Source: Coprobacillaceae bacterium (GTDB lineage: Bacteria > Bacillota_I > Bacilli_A > Erysipelotrichales > Coprobacillaceae). From it: a stretch of DNA of 32,000 bases. Below, piece by piece: positions 15,107 to 24,606 of the stretch. The stretch is from NCBI GenBank assembly GCA_963675915.1, contig OY780959.1, forward strand, positions 300,001-332,000, in the 5' to 3' direction. How positions within the stretch are numbered: position 1 is the stretch's first letter; each line of letters begins with the position of its first letter. The translations under genes and the position numbers were made by a program. A model generated the notes under the pieces. The model did no database searches and was not told the origin of the DNA. It worked only from the letters and a program-made list of their open reading frames with translations.

Positions 15107-17704
15107 ATGGCTGAAAATACTAGTAATAACCAAAATTTAGAAAATAAAGAAGAAGAAAACAAAGTTGTCGATCTTCAAGATCAACAAGGGGAAGATATTG
15201 TTGTCGAACAATTTGAAGGACAATATCAAGGGGAAGTTTTACCATTCAGTACTACGCCTCAAATAAAAAAAGTCGGTCTTTTGGGAAAAGTCCGTTCACT
15301 TTTCGATGATGAAAGACGGGAACTAAAAGAAACCGGAGCCATCGCCGACCAAGTTCTGGCGCTCGAAGAAGAGTATGCCAAACTTACCGATGAGCAACTT
15401 CAGGCCAAAACCGAAGAATTCAGAAGCCTGCTTGACAGCGGAAAGACTTTGGATGACATCCTGGTACCGGCTTTCGCTACATGTCGTGAAGCGGCTTGGC
15501 GGATTTTGGGACTTAAAGCCTACAAAGTGCAGCTGATGGGGGGAATGGTGCTCCATCGCGGAGATATCGCTGAAATGAAAACCGGTGAAGGTAAGACCCT
15601 TACTGCGGTTTTCCCGGTATATCTTAACGCCCTTAGCAAAAAAGGGGTTCATGTAATCACTGTCAACGATTATCTTGCCGGACGTGATAAGGAAAGCAAC
15701 GGGAAGGTCTTCGAATTCCTGGGACTGACTATCGGTTTGAACAAACGCGAACTGACTGCTGCTGGGAAAAAAGAAGCCCATGGCAGCGACATCACTTACA
15801 CTACCAATGCCGAACTTGGATTTGATTATCTAAGAGACAACATGGTTACCAAAGTTGAAGACAAGGTTCTTGTTAGGGGATTGAACTTTGCCTTGATCGA
15901 TGAGGTCGATTCAGTATTGATCGATGAATCTAGAACGCCACTGATTATCTCCGGAGGCCGCAAAAACACGGCAGCCTTGTACATTCAGGCCGACAAATTC
16001 GTCAAAGGTCTGACTGAAGACAAAGATTACGAAGTTGATATGGAAACTAAAACTTGTACCTTGAGCGCTTCAGGGATTGCCAAAGCCGAACGTAAATTCA
16101 AGATTGAAAACCTTTATGATGTCCGTCACACATCATTGGTACATCATATCAATCAGGCTTTAAAAGCCAACTACACCATGGCTCGCGATGTTGAATACAT
16201 GGTTGCCACTGATGATGGTAGCCGCAATATCCAAAATGCGAAAATCATGATCATCGATTCATTTACCGGAAGGGTTATGCCGGGACGTGCTTATTCCGAC
16301 GGTCTTCATCAGGCAATCGAAGCCAAAGAAGGAGTGCCAATCAAGGAAGAGACAGTCACCAGAGCGACTATCACTTACCAGAACTTCTTTAGACTTTTCA
16401 ACAAGCTGTCAGGGATGACCGGTACAGCCAAGACTGAAGAGGAAGAATTCCTGCAAATCTACAACATGAGGGTAATCGAGATTCCGACCAACCGTCCGGT
16501 AATCCGCGATGACCGCAATGATAAGATCTATTCTACAAAAGCAAATAAATATAAAGCCTTAATCAAAGAAGTTGAAAAACGTAATTCATACGGACAACCG
16601 ATCCTGATCGGGACGGTTTCGGTGGAAACTTCGGAGATCCTTTCGAAAATGCTTTCGAAACGGAAAATCCGTCATAATGTCCTCAATGCCAAAAACCATG
16701 CCAAAGAAGCGGAAATCATCAAAAATGCCGGGCTTAAAGGTGCGGTTACCATCGCTACCAACATGGCCGGTCGTGGTACCGACATCCGTCTGGGTGAAGG
16801 GGTGGCCGAAATCGGTGGTCTGGCTGTTATCGGTTCTGAGCGTCATGAATCACGCCGAATTGACAATCAGCTGCGGGGACGTTCAGGACGTCAGGGAGAT
16901 CCGGGATATTCAGTATTCTATGTCTCTTTCGAAGATGATCTGATGATCCGTTTCGCCGGTGAGCGACTTAAAGGTTTCGCCAAATATCTTGAAGATGATA
17001 CTGCCATTGAAAACAAAATGGTTTCCCGTTCAATCGAATCGGCTCAAATGAGAGTCGAAGGTCAGAACTTTGATTCCCGTAAACATGTCCTTGAATATGA
17101 TGATGTTATGAGACAACAAAGGGAAATCATGTATGCCGAACGTGATGAAATCATGTCTTTGGATGATGTCAGTGAGATTGTCAAATCGATGTTCAAGACA
17201 GCTGTTGAGCTTACTATCGCCCAATGTACTGATGAAAACGGAGCTATCGATGTCGCTAAAGTTGTCGAAACTGGCGCTAAACAATATGCGATTTTGACAG
17301 AATTGACAGTCAAAAATGCAGATGCAGTCAAAAACGACAAAGACAAACTGGCTAGCGTGCTGGTTGATGAACTGTTTGAAATCTACAATTCAAGATTCAG
17401 AAGTGACCTTGAAGCAGATGCACGAACTCGTTATGAAAGAAATGTCCTGCTTGGGGTAATCGACTTCTCATGGATCAACCATATCGATGCGATGACCAAA
17501 TTAAGAAATGGAATCTATCTGCGTGCTTATGCCCAAAGAAATCCATTGGATGAATATACGGAAGAAGCATTCTACATGTTCGAACAGATGACCAACGCGA
17601 TTGCGGTGGATATCGTCCGCAATATCGTCCATATGGGAATCCGTCCAGGTAGTGAAATCGAAAATCAAATCCCTCATGTTCAAAAGGAAATTGATTTTTC
17701 TTAA
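15107..17704 (+). CDS. secA: Preprotein translocase ATPase SecA (with N-terminal extension; no C-terminal Zn-finger tail)
   Basis: 'MKTGEGKTL', 'IDEVDSVLIDE', 'TNMAGRGTDI', 'RGRSGRQGDPG'. SD 'aaaggag' lies 6 nt upstream of the ATG at 15107. Confidence 0.95.
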   Translation: MAENTSNNQNLENKEEENKVVDLQDQQGEDIVVEQFEGQYQGEVLPFSTTPQIKKVGLLGKVRSLFDDERRELKETGAIADQVLALEEEYAKLTDEQLQAKTEEFRSLLDSGKTLDDILVPAFATCREAAWRILGLKAYKVQLMGGMVLHRGDIAEMKTGEGKTLTAVFPVYLNALSKKGVHVITVNDYLAGRDKESNGKVFEFLGLTIGLNKRELTAAGKKEAHGSDITYTTNAELGFDYLRDNMVTKVEDKVLVRGLNFALIDEVDSVLIDESRTPLIISGGRKNTAALYIQADKFVKGLTEDKDYEVDMETKTCTLSASGIAKAERKFKIENLYDVRHTSLVHHINQALKANYTMARDVEYMVATDDGSRNIQNAKIMIIDSFTGRVMPGRAYSDGLHQAIEAKEGVPIKEETVTRATITYQNFFRLFNKLSGMTGTAKTEEEEFLQIYNMRVIEIPTNRPVIRDDRNDKIYSTKANKYKALIKEVEKRNSYGQPILIGTVSVETSEILSKMLSKRKIRHNVLNAKNHAKEAEIIKNAGLKGAVTIATNMAGRGTDIRLGEGVAEIGGLAVIGSERHESRRIDNQLRGRSGRQGDPGYSVFYVSFEDDLMIRFAGERLKGFAKYLEDDTAIENKMVSRSIESAQMRVEGQNFDSRKHVLEYDDVMRQQREIMYAERDEIMSLDDVSEIVKSMFKTAVELTIAQCTDENGAIDVAKVVETGAKQYAILTELTVKNADAVKNDKDKLASVLVDELFEIYNSRFRSDLEADARTRYERNVLLGVIDFSWINHIDAMTKLRNGIYLRAYAQRNPLDEYTEEAFYMFEQMTNAIAVDIVRNIVHMGIRPGSEIENQIPHVQKEIDFS

Positions 17705-18810
17705 TGGAATTATTTGAGATTAAAAATGGGCTTAATAAAGCCCATTTATTATGTGAAGAATTGGCAGAATCAATCGATGTCGAAGGTTTGAAGCGCGAAA
17801 TTGAGGGATTGGAAGCTCAAACCATGAATCCGGATTTCTGGAATGATCCGGCTAAAGCCCAGGGCATCGAAACCAAGCTGCGCAATATGCAAAAAAAATA
17901 CGGCGAGTACAGCGAACTGGTGGAGACCCTCAACTCACTTGAGGAAATCTATGAATTCCTTCAGATCGAAGACGATCCGGATTTTAGAAGTTCCCTGGAA
18001 AACGATTACCAGGTCTTTGAAAAAAGACTGGCTGATTTTGAAAATGAATTGCTGCTTTCTGCCTTGCATGACGAAACTGACGCCATCCTGGAAATCCATC
18101 CGGGAGCCGGTGGGACCGAGAGTCAGGACTGGGCGGCGATGCTGTTTAGAATGTACCAGCGTTACGCTGACAAAAAAGGTTATAAAATAGAAGTGATTGA
18201 TTATCTTGATGGTGATGTTGCCGGTTTGAAATCGGCGACCTTCAAAATCAGCGGGCACAATGCCTATGGGATGCTCAAAGGTGAAAAAGGGGTCCATCGG
18301 CTGGTTAGAATTTCACCGTTCGATTCAGCCAAACGCCGGCATACCTCATTCGCTTCGGTTGATGTCATGCCAGACATTTCCAGCGATATTGAAATAACCA
18401 TCAATCCGGCTGATTTGCGGATTGACACTTACCGTTCTTCGGGAGCCGGAGGACAGCATGTCAATACCACTGATTCGGCCGTGCGAATCACCCATATTCC
18501 AACCAATACGGTTGTGGCATCACAGGCTCAGCGTTCCCAGATTCAAAACCGGGAAACAGCGATGATGATGCTTAAAAACAAACTCTACGAACTGATGGTC
18601 GAACAGCAAGCTGAAGAAGTCGACAAACTGCGCGGGGAACAAAAGGAAATTGCCTGGGGATCACAGATCCGTTCATACGTAATGCATCCTTATTCGATGG
18701 TCAAGGACCACCGTTCCAATTTCGAAACCGCTCAGGTCGACAAGGTGCTTGATGGCGATCTGGATGAGTTCGCCTATGCCTACTTGCAGTCATTGGTAAA
18801 GGAGGACTAA
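17704..18810 (+). CDS. prfB: Peptide chain release factor 2, encoded as one uninterrupted ORF
   Basis: RF2 tripeptide 'SPF' in 'RISPFDS' and 'SGAGGQHVN' (GGQ). The start overlaps the secA stop (TAATG). Confidence 0.95.
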   Translation: MELFEIKNGLNKAHLLCEELAESIDVEGLKREIEGLEAQTMNPDFWNDPAKAQGIETKLRNMQKKYGEYSELVETLNSLEEIYEFLQIEDDPDFRSSLENDYQVFEKRLADFENELLLSALHDETDAILEIHPGAGGTESQDWAAMLFRMYQRYADKKGYKIEVIDYLDGDVAGLKSATFKISGHNAYGMLKGEKGVHRLVRISPFDSAKRRHTSFASVDVMPDISSDIEITINPADLRIDTYRSSGAGGQHVNTTDSAVRITHIPTNTVVASQAQRSQIQNRETAMMMLKNKLYELMVEQQAEEVDKLRGEQKEIAWGSQIRSYVMHPYSMVKDHRSNFETAQVDKVLDGDLDEFAYAYLQSLVKED

Positions 18811-18813
18811 AAC

Positions 18814-19671
18814 ATGAGTAAAAGAGTATTTAACGTCTTATTGATTTTTATTGGCAATCTGATGCTGGCTTTGGGCGTGGTCGCATTTGTCAATCCGTTT
18901 GGATTCATTTTAGGCGGGGCCGGAGGAATCGGTCTGATTCTGGAACATTATACCGGAATCAGCTATTTCATCTTCGTCTACGCTTTCAATATTGCGGTAT
19001 TTGTCGTCGGTCTGATTGTCCTGGGGAAAAAGTTCGCCATGGGAACTGCGATTTCCACCGTGCTGTTCCCGACTTTTCTGGCCGTTCTGGAAAATATTCC
19101 CGGCATCGATACCCTGACCAGTGATCCGCTGCTGGCGGGATTCTTCGCATCAATTTGCATCGGCGGGGGAGTCGGGTTGGTTATCCGGCTGGGAGCGAGT
19201 ACCGGAGGGACCGATATCCCTTCGATCATCATCGCCAACAAGACCAAAATCTCGCTTTCAATCGTGCTCAACACGGTCGATGTGGCGATCTTGGCACTGC
19301 AGTTTTCTTTTTCGAACAGTGAACAGATTCTCTACGGACTTTTCATTGTGATTTTGAACTTCTATATCATCGACAAGGTGATGATGATCGGTACTTCCAA
19401 AATCCAGGTGCAGATCATTTCGCCATCGTATCTTGATATCCGGGAAGCAATCTATGAAAACATCGATCGGGGTTGCACTTTGTACAAGATCACGACCGGT
19501 TTCCAACAACAGCAGTCATATGCGGTGATGTCGGTTGTATCCAACCGTCAGCTCCACAATCTCACTGAGGTTGTTTTGAAAATCGATCCGACCGCATTCA
19601 TCATTTCGAATGTGACCCACAGTGTCAACGGCCGGGGATTCACTCTGCCTGATTTGGTGGGAAAACGCTAA
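18814..19671 (+). CDS. YitT-family membrane protein (DUF2179 C-terminal domain)
   Basis: 285 aa. Five or six hydrophobic segments, 'GASTGGTDI', and a soluble C-terminal domain. SD 'aaggagga' lies inside the prfB 3' end. Confidence 0.8.
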   Translation: MSKRVFNVLLIFIGNLMLALGVVAFVNPFGFILGGAGGIGLILEHYTGISYFIFVYAFNIAVFVVGLIVLGKKFAMGTAISTVLFPTFLAVLENIPGIDTLTSDPLLAGFFASICIGGGVGLVIRLGASTGGTDIPSIIIANKTKISLSIVLNTVDVAILALQFSFSNSEQILYGLFIVILNFYIIDKVMMIGTSKIQVQIISPSYLDIREAIYENIDRGCTLYKITTGFQQQQSYAVMSVVSNRQLHNLTEVVLKIDPTAFIISNVTHSVNGRGFTLPDLVGKR

Positions 19672-19704
19672 AAAAACCGGAACACGCAAATATCCGGTCA
19701 CAAT

Positions 19705-19728
19705 AAAAAGGGCTTATTGCCCTTTTTT
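19705..19728. terminator. Bidirectional intrinsic terminator (YitT gene / Zn-ribbon gene)
   Basis: 'aaaaagggc' ttatt 'gcccttttt'. The stop codon of the minus-strand gene sits in the loop. Confidence 0.8.
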
Positions 19729-19983
19729 GCTTTGGGATCCGACCACTTCCTTGTAGCTGTTGGAAACTCGTTTTTCTTCGACTTTTTCCTGGTCACCAAG
19801 ATCAATGTAAAACTCGACATGACCGCAGTTGGGACAATATCTTGACCTTAGCGGCTGGCTTATTTTCCGGTAATCGGGCCCGTCGACAATCAGATTGAAA
19901 CTGCCTAATAATCGCTCATTTGTAAATTGGAGATGACAATTATCATGCATTTCATGGTTACATTTAATGCAGTAATTTTTCAT
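19714..19983 (-). CDS. Small (89 aa) zinc-ribbon protein of unknown function
   Basis: 'CIKC' at residues 5-8 and 'CPNC' at about residues 50-53. Lys/Glu-rich tail. SD 'aaggtggtggg'. An extended -10 'tgctataat' lies at 20012-20004. Confidence 0.65.
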   Translation of the reverse strand: MKNYCIKCNHEMHDNCHLQFTNERLLGSFNLIVDGPDYRKISQPLRSRYCPNCGHVEFYIDLGDQEKVEEKRVSNSYKEVVGSQSKKGQ

Positions 19984-20068
19984 TATCCCACCACCTTGAA
20001 AATATTATAGCATATCTTACCCATTAATAGCTTAATCTGAATTAAATTTATAAAATTATGGGAAACGG

Positions 20069-20096
20069 TTGTATAGATTCCTCAATTTGATATAAT
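20069..20096 (+). promoter_or_regulatory. Sigma-A-type promoter for ftsEX (TTGTAT-16-TATAAT with TG extension)
   Basis: 'ttgtat' at 20069-20074, 16-nt spacer ending in 'tga', 'tataat' at 20091-20096. Confidence 0.5.
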
Positions 20097-20123
20097 AGTA
20101 TCTAGGCAAAAAGGAGTAAGACG

Positions 20124-20804
20124 ATGATCAAATTAAAGAATGTTTCCAAAACTTATAATCGTGGCGTAAGAGCCTTGAATAATATATCTTTGACTATTGA
20201 CTCTGGTGAATTCGTATACGTAATCGGGACAACCGGTTCGGGAAAATCGACCTTCATCAAGTTATTATACCGTGAAATCAAAGCCAGCAGCGGCTATGTG
20301 GAAGTGGTTGGATTGGATGTTTCCAAAATCCCTAACCGCAAGGTTCCCTATTTTAGAAGAAATATCGGAATTGTATTCCAAAATTTCCGATTGCTGCCTA
20401 AAAAGACGGTTTTTGAGAATGTCGCATACGCCCTTGAGGTAATCGACACTCCCAGAAAAGAAATCCGTAAGCAGGTGCGCAAGACCCTGGAGTTGGTCGG
20501 ACTTGAAGACAAAGTCAATGCTTTCCCTGATGAACTTTCAGGAGGACAGCAACAAAGAGTTGCCATCGCCAGAGCGATTGTGAACCGTCCCAAACTTCTG
20601 ATTGCGGACGAACCGACCGGGAATCTCGATCCCGAGACTTCAAGTGAAATCATCAGACTGCTAAACGAGGTCAACAAGACTGGAACGACAGTATTGGTGG
20701 TTACTCATGACCGGGACATCGTCCAGTCAAACAAGAAAAGAACAATCGTTATCGACAACGGTTGTGTCGACAGTGATACAAGTACAGGGGGGTATGGAAT
20801 CTAA
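20124..20804 (+). CDS. ftsE: Cell-division ABC ATPase FtsE
   Basis: Walker A 'GTTGSGKST', signature 'LSGGQQQRV', Walker B 'LLIADEPT'. SD 'aaaggag'. Followed by ftsX. Confidence 0.92.
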   Translation: MIKLKNVSKTYNRGVRALNNISLTIDSGEFVYVIGTTGSGKSTFIKLLYREIKASSGYVEVVGLDVSKIPNRKVPYFRRNIGIVFQNFRLLPKKTVFENVAYALEVIDTPRKEIRKQVRKTLELVGLEDKVNAFPDELSGGQQQRVAIARAIVNRPKLLIADEPTGNLDPETSSEIIRLLNEVNKTGTTVLVVTHDRDIVQSNKKRTIVIDNGCVDSDTSTGGYGI

Positions 20805-21715
20805 TGCGTGAAATTATCAGTATAATCAGAAACTTTCCGCGACATCTGATTACGGCGTTCCAGAGTCTGATTCGTAACAGCGTAATGTCATTTTCATCGA
20901 TTTTCGCAGTTATGATCACTTTGACGATGATTGGAATTGTCGGGTTGGTCGCTTACAACGTCCAGGATATTTCGCATACAATCGAGGATGGTATCAGTAT
21001 TTATGTCAAACTTGACCGAACCATCGATGATGCGACTGCTGAGGCGCTCGGGGCCCAAATCACCGCGATCCCGAATGTCGCTACAGTTGAATATTCTTCT
21101 AAAGATCAGGAACTCGACAACCTGATTGAGGCTCAAGGAGATGCCGGAGCGGCCCTTTTTGAAAGTTACCGTAATGACAATCCTTTGGGAGCGGCTTACA
21201 CTGTGACCGTGGTCAACTCATATTCAATCGGACAGACTGCCGATGAAATCAGTGCCTTGGGACATGTCAATACGGTCGACTATGGTGGTGATTCGACTAC
21301 CGATCTGATCAAGACGCTTAACACCGTACGCAACGGAGGGACTATCTTCGTGGTGGCTTTGGGAGTTATTGCGCTGTTCATGATCGCCAACACGATCAAA
21401 ATCACCATCGACACTCGTCAGACTGAAATTTCAATCATGAGAATGGTTGGAGCAAGCAACTGGTATATCCGGATTCCATTCATGTTTGAAGGGATGCTGA
21501 TCGGATTGATTGGAACAATCATCCCCTGTGCGATTTTGTACTACGGATATGATTATATCTTCAATATAACCAATGGGATGGTAGTGACGCAGATGCTTTC
21601 ACTGATTCCCCCAGGAGAAATCGTCATCCAGCTGATGAAGGCCTTATCCGGGCTGGGAGCAGGCGTGGGACTGGTTGGAGCATTCATCTCGATTAGAAGA
21701 TATCTTAAGTTCTAG
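20804..21715 (+). CDS. ftsX: FtsX-like permease
   Basis: TAATG overlap with ftsE. One N-terminal TM, a large extracytoplasmic loop, then three C-terminal TMs ('MRMVGASNWYIRIPF'). Confidence 0.9.
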   Translation: MREIISIIRNFPRHLITAFQSLIRNSVMSFSSIFAVMITLTMIGIVGLVAYNVQDISHTIEDGISIYVKLDRTIDDATAEALGAQITAIPNVATVEYSSKDQELDNLIEAQGDAGAALFESYRNDNPLGAAYTVTVVNSYSIGQTADEISALGHVNTVDYGGDSTTDLIKTLNTVRNGGTIFVVALGVIALFMIANTIKITIDTRQTEISIMRMVGASNWYIRIPFMFEGMLIGLIGTIIPCAILYYGYDYIFNITNGMVVTQMLSLIPPGEIVIQLMKALSGLGAGVGLVGAFISIRRYLKF

Positions 21716-22098
21716 TGAAGCGACGCGAGATAAAAAAGCTGTGCTATCAAGAACAGCTTGAAAATGAAGTTAACTCGGTCCAATCGGTTTTAAACCAGCT
21801 GCTCAAACTACCTACATACGAAAATATTGATCAGGAATACCTGCAGAAGGATTTCATCAAGACCCAGATCGATCTCGAACTGGCTTTGGCTTCCTTGTGC
21901 ATAACCCTGAGAAAAATGCATGAGAACAATTTTTTACGTCTCACCCGGAGTATCCGCAAAGATGTCAATTCGATCATTCACTCTAATAAATTCACTTTGC
22001 GCGATGAGAATGTGATTATCGTCCATTCCCAACAGGGCCGTGAGGATGTTTACATCTCAACCTTGTTGCTTTATGCAAGAGAATACTTACCAAAATAA
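21715..22098 (+). CDS. Hypothetical 127-aa soluble, probably helical protein; GTG start overlapping the ftsX stop
   Basis: An open frame of 127 codons ends right at a terminator. The GTG at 21715 overlaps the ftsX TAG (taGTG). No SD. I recognise no family. Confidence 0.55.
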   Translation: MKRREIKKLCYQEQLENEVNSVQSVLNQLLKLPTYENIDQEYLQKDFIKTQIDLELALASLCITLRKMHENNFLRLTRSIRKDVNSIIHSNKFTLRDENVIIVHSQQGREDVYISTLLLYAREYLPK

Positions 22099-22122
22099 AA
22101 GCTGACCATTAGGCCAGCTTTT
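22097..22122. terminator. Bidirectional intrinsic terminator (ftsEX operon / que operon)
   Basis: 'aaaagctgacc' atta 'ggccagctttt' (one internal A-C mismatch) between convergent genes. Confidence 0.65.
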
Positions 22123-22626
22123 TTAGCGGTTGTCGATTTTTTCCGGGTACATGTCATGGTTGGCCATGCGGTTGAACGCAACTTCCTCCCAGCGGGTTCC
22201 CGGCTTGCCGTAATTGGCATAAGGGTCGATTGAGATTCCGCCTCTTGGCGTGAATTTACCCCAGACTTCGATATATTTGGGATCCATCAGGGTAATAAGA
22301 TCCTTCATGATGATATTGATGCAGTCCTCATGGAAGTCACCATGGTTGCGGAAACTGAACAGATACAGCTTCAGGGATTTGCTTTCCACCATGTTCACGT
22401 TTGGCACGTAGGAAATCGTGATGGTGGCGAAATCAGGCTGCCCGGTAATCGGACAGAGGCTGGTGAATTCCGGACAGTTGAACTTGACGAAGTAGTCATT
22501 GCCCGGGTGTTTGTTTTCAAATGTTTCCAGGATTCCCGGATTGTAGTCGCTTGAATAAACGGTATTCTGGTTGCCCAGTAATTGCAGATTGTCGCTATCA
22601 CGACTATCGATATTGTTGTTTTGCAT
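22123..22626 (-). CDS. queF: NADPH-dependent 7-cyano-7-deazaguanine (preQ0) reductase QueF, type I
   Basis: QueF motif '[12 protein letters not shown]' and catalytic Cys in '[12 protein letters not shown]'. The ATG at 22626 (MQNNNI) has SD 'aaggagac'. The track start at 22716 lies inside queC. Confidence 0.92.
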   Translation of the reverse strand: MQNNNIDSRDSDNLQLLGNQNTVYSSDYNPGILETFENKHPGNDYFVKFNCPEFTSLCPITGQPDFATITISYVPNVNMVESKSLKLYLFSFRNHGDFHEDCINIIMKDLITLMDPKYIEVWGKFTPRGGISIDPYANYGKPGTRWEEVAFNRMANHDMYPEKIDNR

Positions 22627-22640
22627 AGATGTCTCCTTGA

Positions 22641-23321
22641 TTATAATGCCGGGTCGATGGCCCCGTTGAGTTCGAAAGCTTTTTGGCGGTCGCGGCAGGT
22701 ACCACAGATGCCACAAGGCTTGTCATCGCCGTGATAACAGCTCCAGGTCAGTTCATAAGGAACGTTGATGGCCAGACCGCGTTTGACCACATCAGCCTTG
22801 GTAAGCTTGACATAAGGCGCTTCGATGCGTACTTGGTTCCCGCTTCCGATATAGATTGCGTCGCCCATGGCTTGATTGAAGGCGGCGGAACAGTCAGGGT
22901 AGGCGTTTCCGGCAGCGTCATCGCTGTGAGCGCCATAGAAGATGATTGAACACTCGTTGATCAATGCCACGCTCGCAGCAGTCGACAGGAACAGTCCGTT
23001 GCGAAACGGAACGTAGGTAGATACCGGTTTACCGCCGGCTTTTTCAATTTGTTTTTCATATGATTCATCGGGGATTTTTTGATTGCTTCCTTTTAAAAGG
23101 GAACAATCACATCCGGCGAAGATTGGAGTCAGATCCATTGTGATATGGCTGACATCATAATATTGGGCCACATTATCGGCCGCTTTGAGTTCTTTGTCGT
23201 GTTTTTGACCGTAGTAGATGGTCAGGGAAACGACATTTTCTTTTCCATATTTGGCTACCGCTTCACCAAGGCAAGTTGATGAATCGATTCCGCCGCTTGA
23301 TAATACCATTACTTTTGTCAT
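22641..23321 (-). CDS. queC: 7-cyano-7-deazaguanine synthase QueC
   Basis: PP-loop 'LSSGGIDSS'. C-terminal Zn cluster '[18 protein letters not shown]'. Confidence 0.93.
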   Translation of the reverse strand: MTKVMVLSSGGIDSSTCLGEAVAKYGKENVVSLTIYYGQKHDKELKAADNVAQYYDVSHITMDLTPIFAGCDCSLLKGSNQKIPDESYEKQIEKAGGKPVSTYVPFRNGLFLSTAASVALINECSIIFYGAHSDDAAGNAYPDCSAAFNQAMGDAIYIGSGNQVRIEAPYVKLTKADVVKRGLAINVPYELTWSCYHGDDKPCGICGTCRDRQKAFELNGAIDPAL

Positions 23322-23322
23322 G

Positions 23323-23916
23323 TTATTCTCCCTTTGCTTCCATTAAGAATTTTATTTGTTCATTGGCGTCGGTTTCGAAGACTCCTCGCCAGGTTGTTGT
23401 CACTGTTTTGGAGTTGGGCTCATTGATTCCTCTGGCACTCATGCAGCTGTGCGAAGCTTCGATGCGCACAGCAATATCCGGGCTGCCGGTGATTTCCTCC
23501 ATGATTGCAGCAATATCGGTTCCAATCCGCTCTTGAAGCTGCAGTCTCTTGGCGGCCATATCGGCAATCCGGGCAATCTTGGAAAGCCCGATCACTTTGT
23601 CTTTGGGAATGTAGCCGACCGCGATTTTCATATTGTACATCAAGGCCAGATGATGTTCGCAATAACTAAAGGCGTTGATATCCTTGACTACGACCAGATC
23701 GTTGGCCTTGTTGCCCAGGTCCAGGTCTTTGGAGAAAGTGGTATCGAACATCTGGGCGATTTCATGATTGGAGTAGTTGATGCCCTCAAGAACTTCCTCA
23801 TACATGTTGGCAACTCGTTTAGGGGTATCCTTCAATCCTTCACGTTCGGGATCCTCACCCAGGGCGATGATGATGCCGCGGATATGTTCTTCGATTTTTG
23901 CTTTGTCTATTGCCAT
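23323..23916 (-). CDS. folE: GTP cyclohydrolase I (FolE type I)
   Basis: '[13 protein letters not shown]', 'SYCEHHL', 'QLQERI', 'HSCMSARG'. The ATG at 23916 has SD 'agaggag'. The longer track ORF overlaps queE. Confidence 0.92.
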   Translation of the reverse strand: MAIDKAKIEEHIRGIIIALGEDPEREGLKDTPKRVANMYEEVLEGINYSNHEIAQMFDTTFSKDLDLGNKANDLVVVKDINAFSYCEHHLALMYNMKIAVGYIPKDKVIGLSKIARIADMAAKRLQLQERIGTDIAAIMEEITGSPDIAVRIEASHSCMSARGINEPNSKTVTTTWRGVFETDANEQIKFLMEAKGE

Positions 23917-23917
23917 A

Positions 23918-24595
23918 TTATACTCCTCTTTTTTCAACGTCCCAGATGTACTTGTGCAATTGCAGCTGCATCTTGATGTTGTTGTATTTGTTTTCAATCA
24001 GGAAAGCGACGATTCTTTCCAAATCGATTTGACCGTATACCGGCGAGATGATCGCATTGGTCCGGTTGTTGAGGTCATACTCGTCGATAATCGCTTTGGC
24101 CCGGTTCAAGTCGGCTTCACTGCCTGCCACGAATTTGACACTGTCACGCGAGTCGGCCAATTGATAGTTTTTCAGGTTCATTGCCGCTTCCATTCCACTT
24201 GAAGGAAGCTTGTAGTCGATTGTGAATGAAATGTTGTGCTGGGTTTGATTGCGGTAATCATTAAGTTTGGCAATCAGGATGCTGCCGTTGGTTTCGAATT
24301 CAACCCGCAGGTTTTCGATTTCAAACAGCTCGTCAAGCAGTTCTTCGAGACCCGGGTTCAATAATGGTTCGCCTCCGGTGATGGTAACATTGGTGATGCC
24401 ACTGGCTTCGACATATTCGCAAAGCTCTTCTTTTGAAAGCATCTGGGCTTGGACTTCAGGGACATTGGCCCATTTGGTATCGCAATAACTGCAATCGAGA
24501 TTGCAGGAAGCGAAGCGGATGAATACGGCCGGTTTTCCGGATTCCAGTCCTTCACCGTTGATTGAGATGAATTTTTCTACTGTTTTGTATTTCAT
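23918..24595 (-). CDS. queE: 7-carboxy-7-deazaguanine synthase QueE (radical SAM)
   Basis: 'ISINGEG...[23 protein letters not shown]' (CX3CX2C cluster). Operon context. Confidence 0.9.
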   Translation of the reverse strand: MKYKTVEKFISINGEGLESGKPAVFIRFASCNLDCSYCDTKWANVPEVQAQMLSKEELCEYVEASGITNVTITGGEPLLNPGLEELLDELFEIENLRVEFETNGSILIAKLNDYRNQTQHNISFTIDYKLPSSGMEAAMNLKNYQLADSRDSVKFVAGSEADLNRAKAIIDEYDLNNRTNAIISPVYGQIDLERIVAFLIENKYNNIKMQLQLHKYIWDVEKRGV

Positions 24596-24606
24596 TGGTT
24601 ATCCTT

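Noticed and set aside
17704-17800. Expected prfB +1 frameshift site.
   Set aside because: I read the first ~30 codons directly. There is no in-frame TGA or CTT TGA C, so the gene is annotated as a single ORF rather than a frameshifted one.
21715-22098. Possible HEPN-like motif ('IRKDVNSIIHSN') in the ftsX-coupled ORF.
   Set aside because: The Arg-to-His spacing (8 residues) is outside Rx4-6H, and the position matching the conserved Arg of RNxxxH is Val. The evidence is insufficient to call a nuclease domain.
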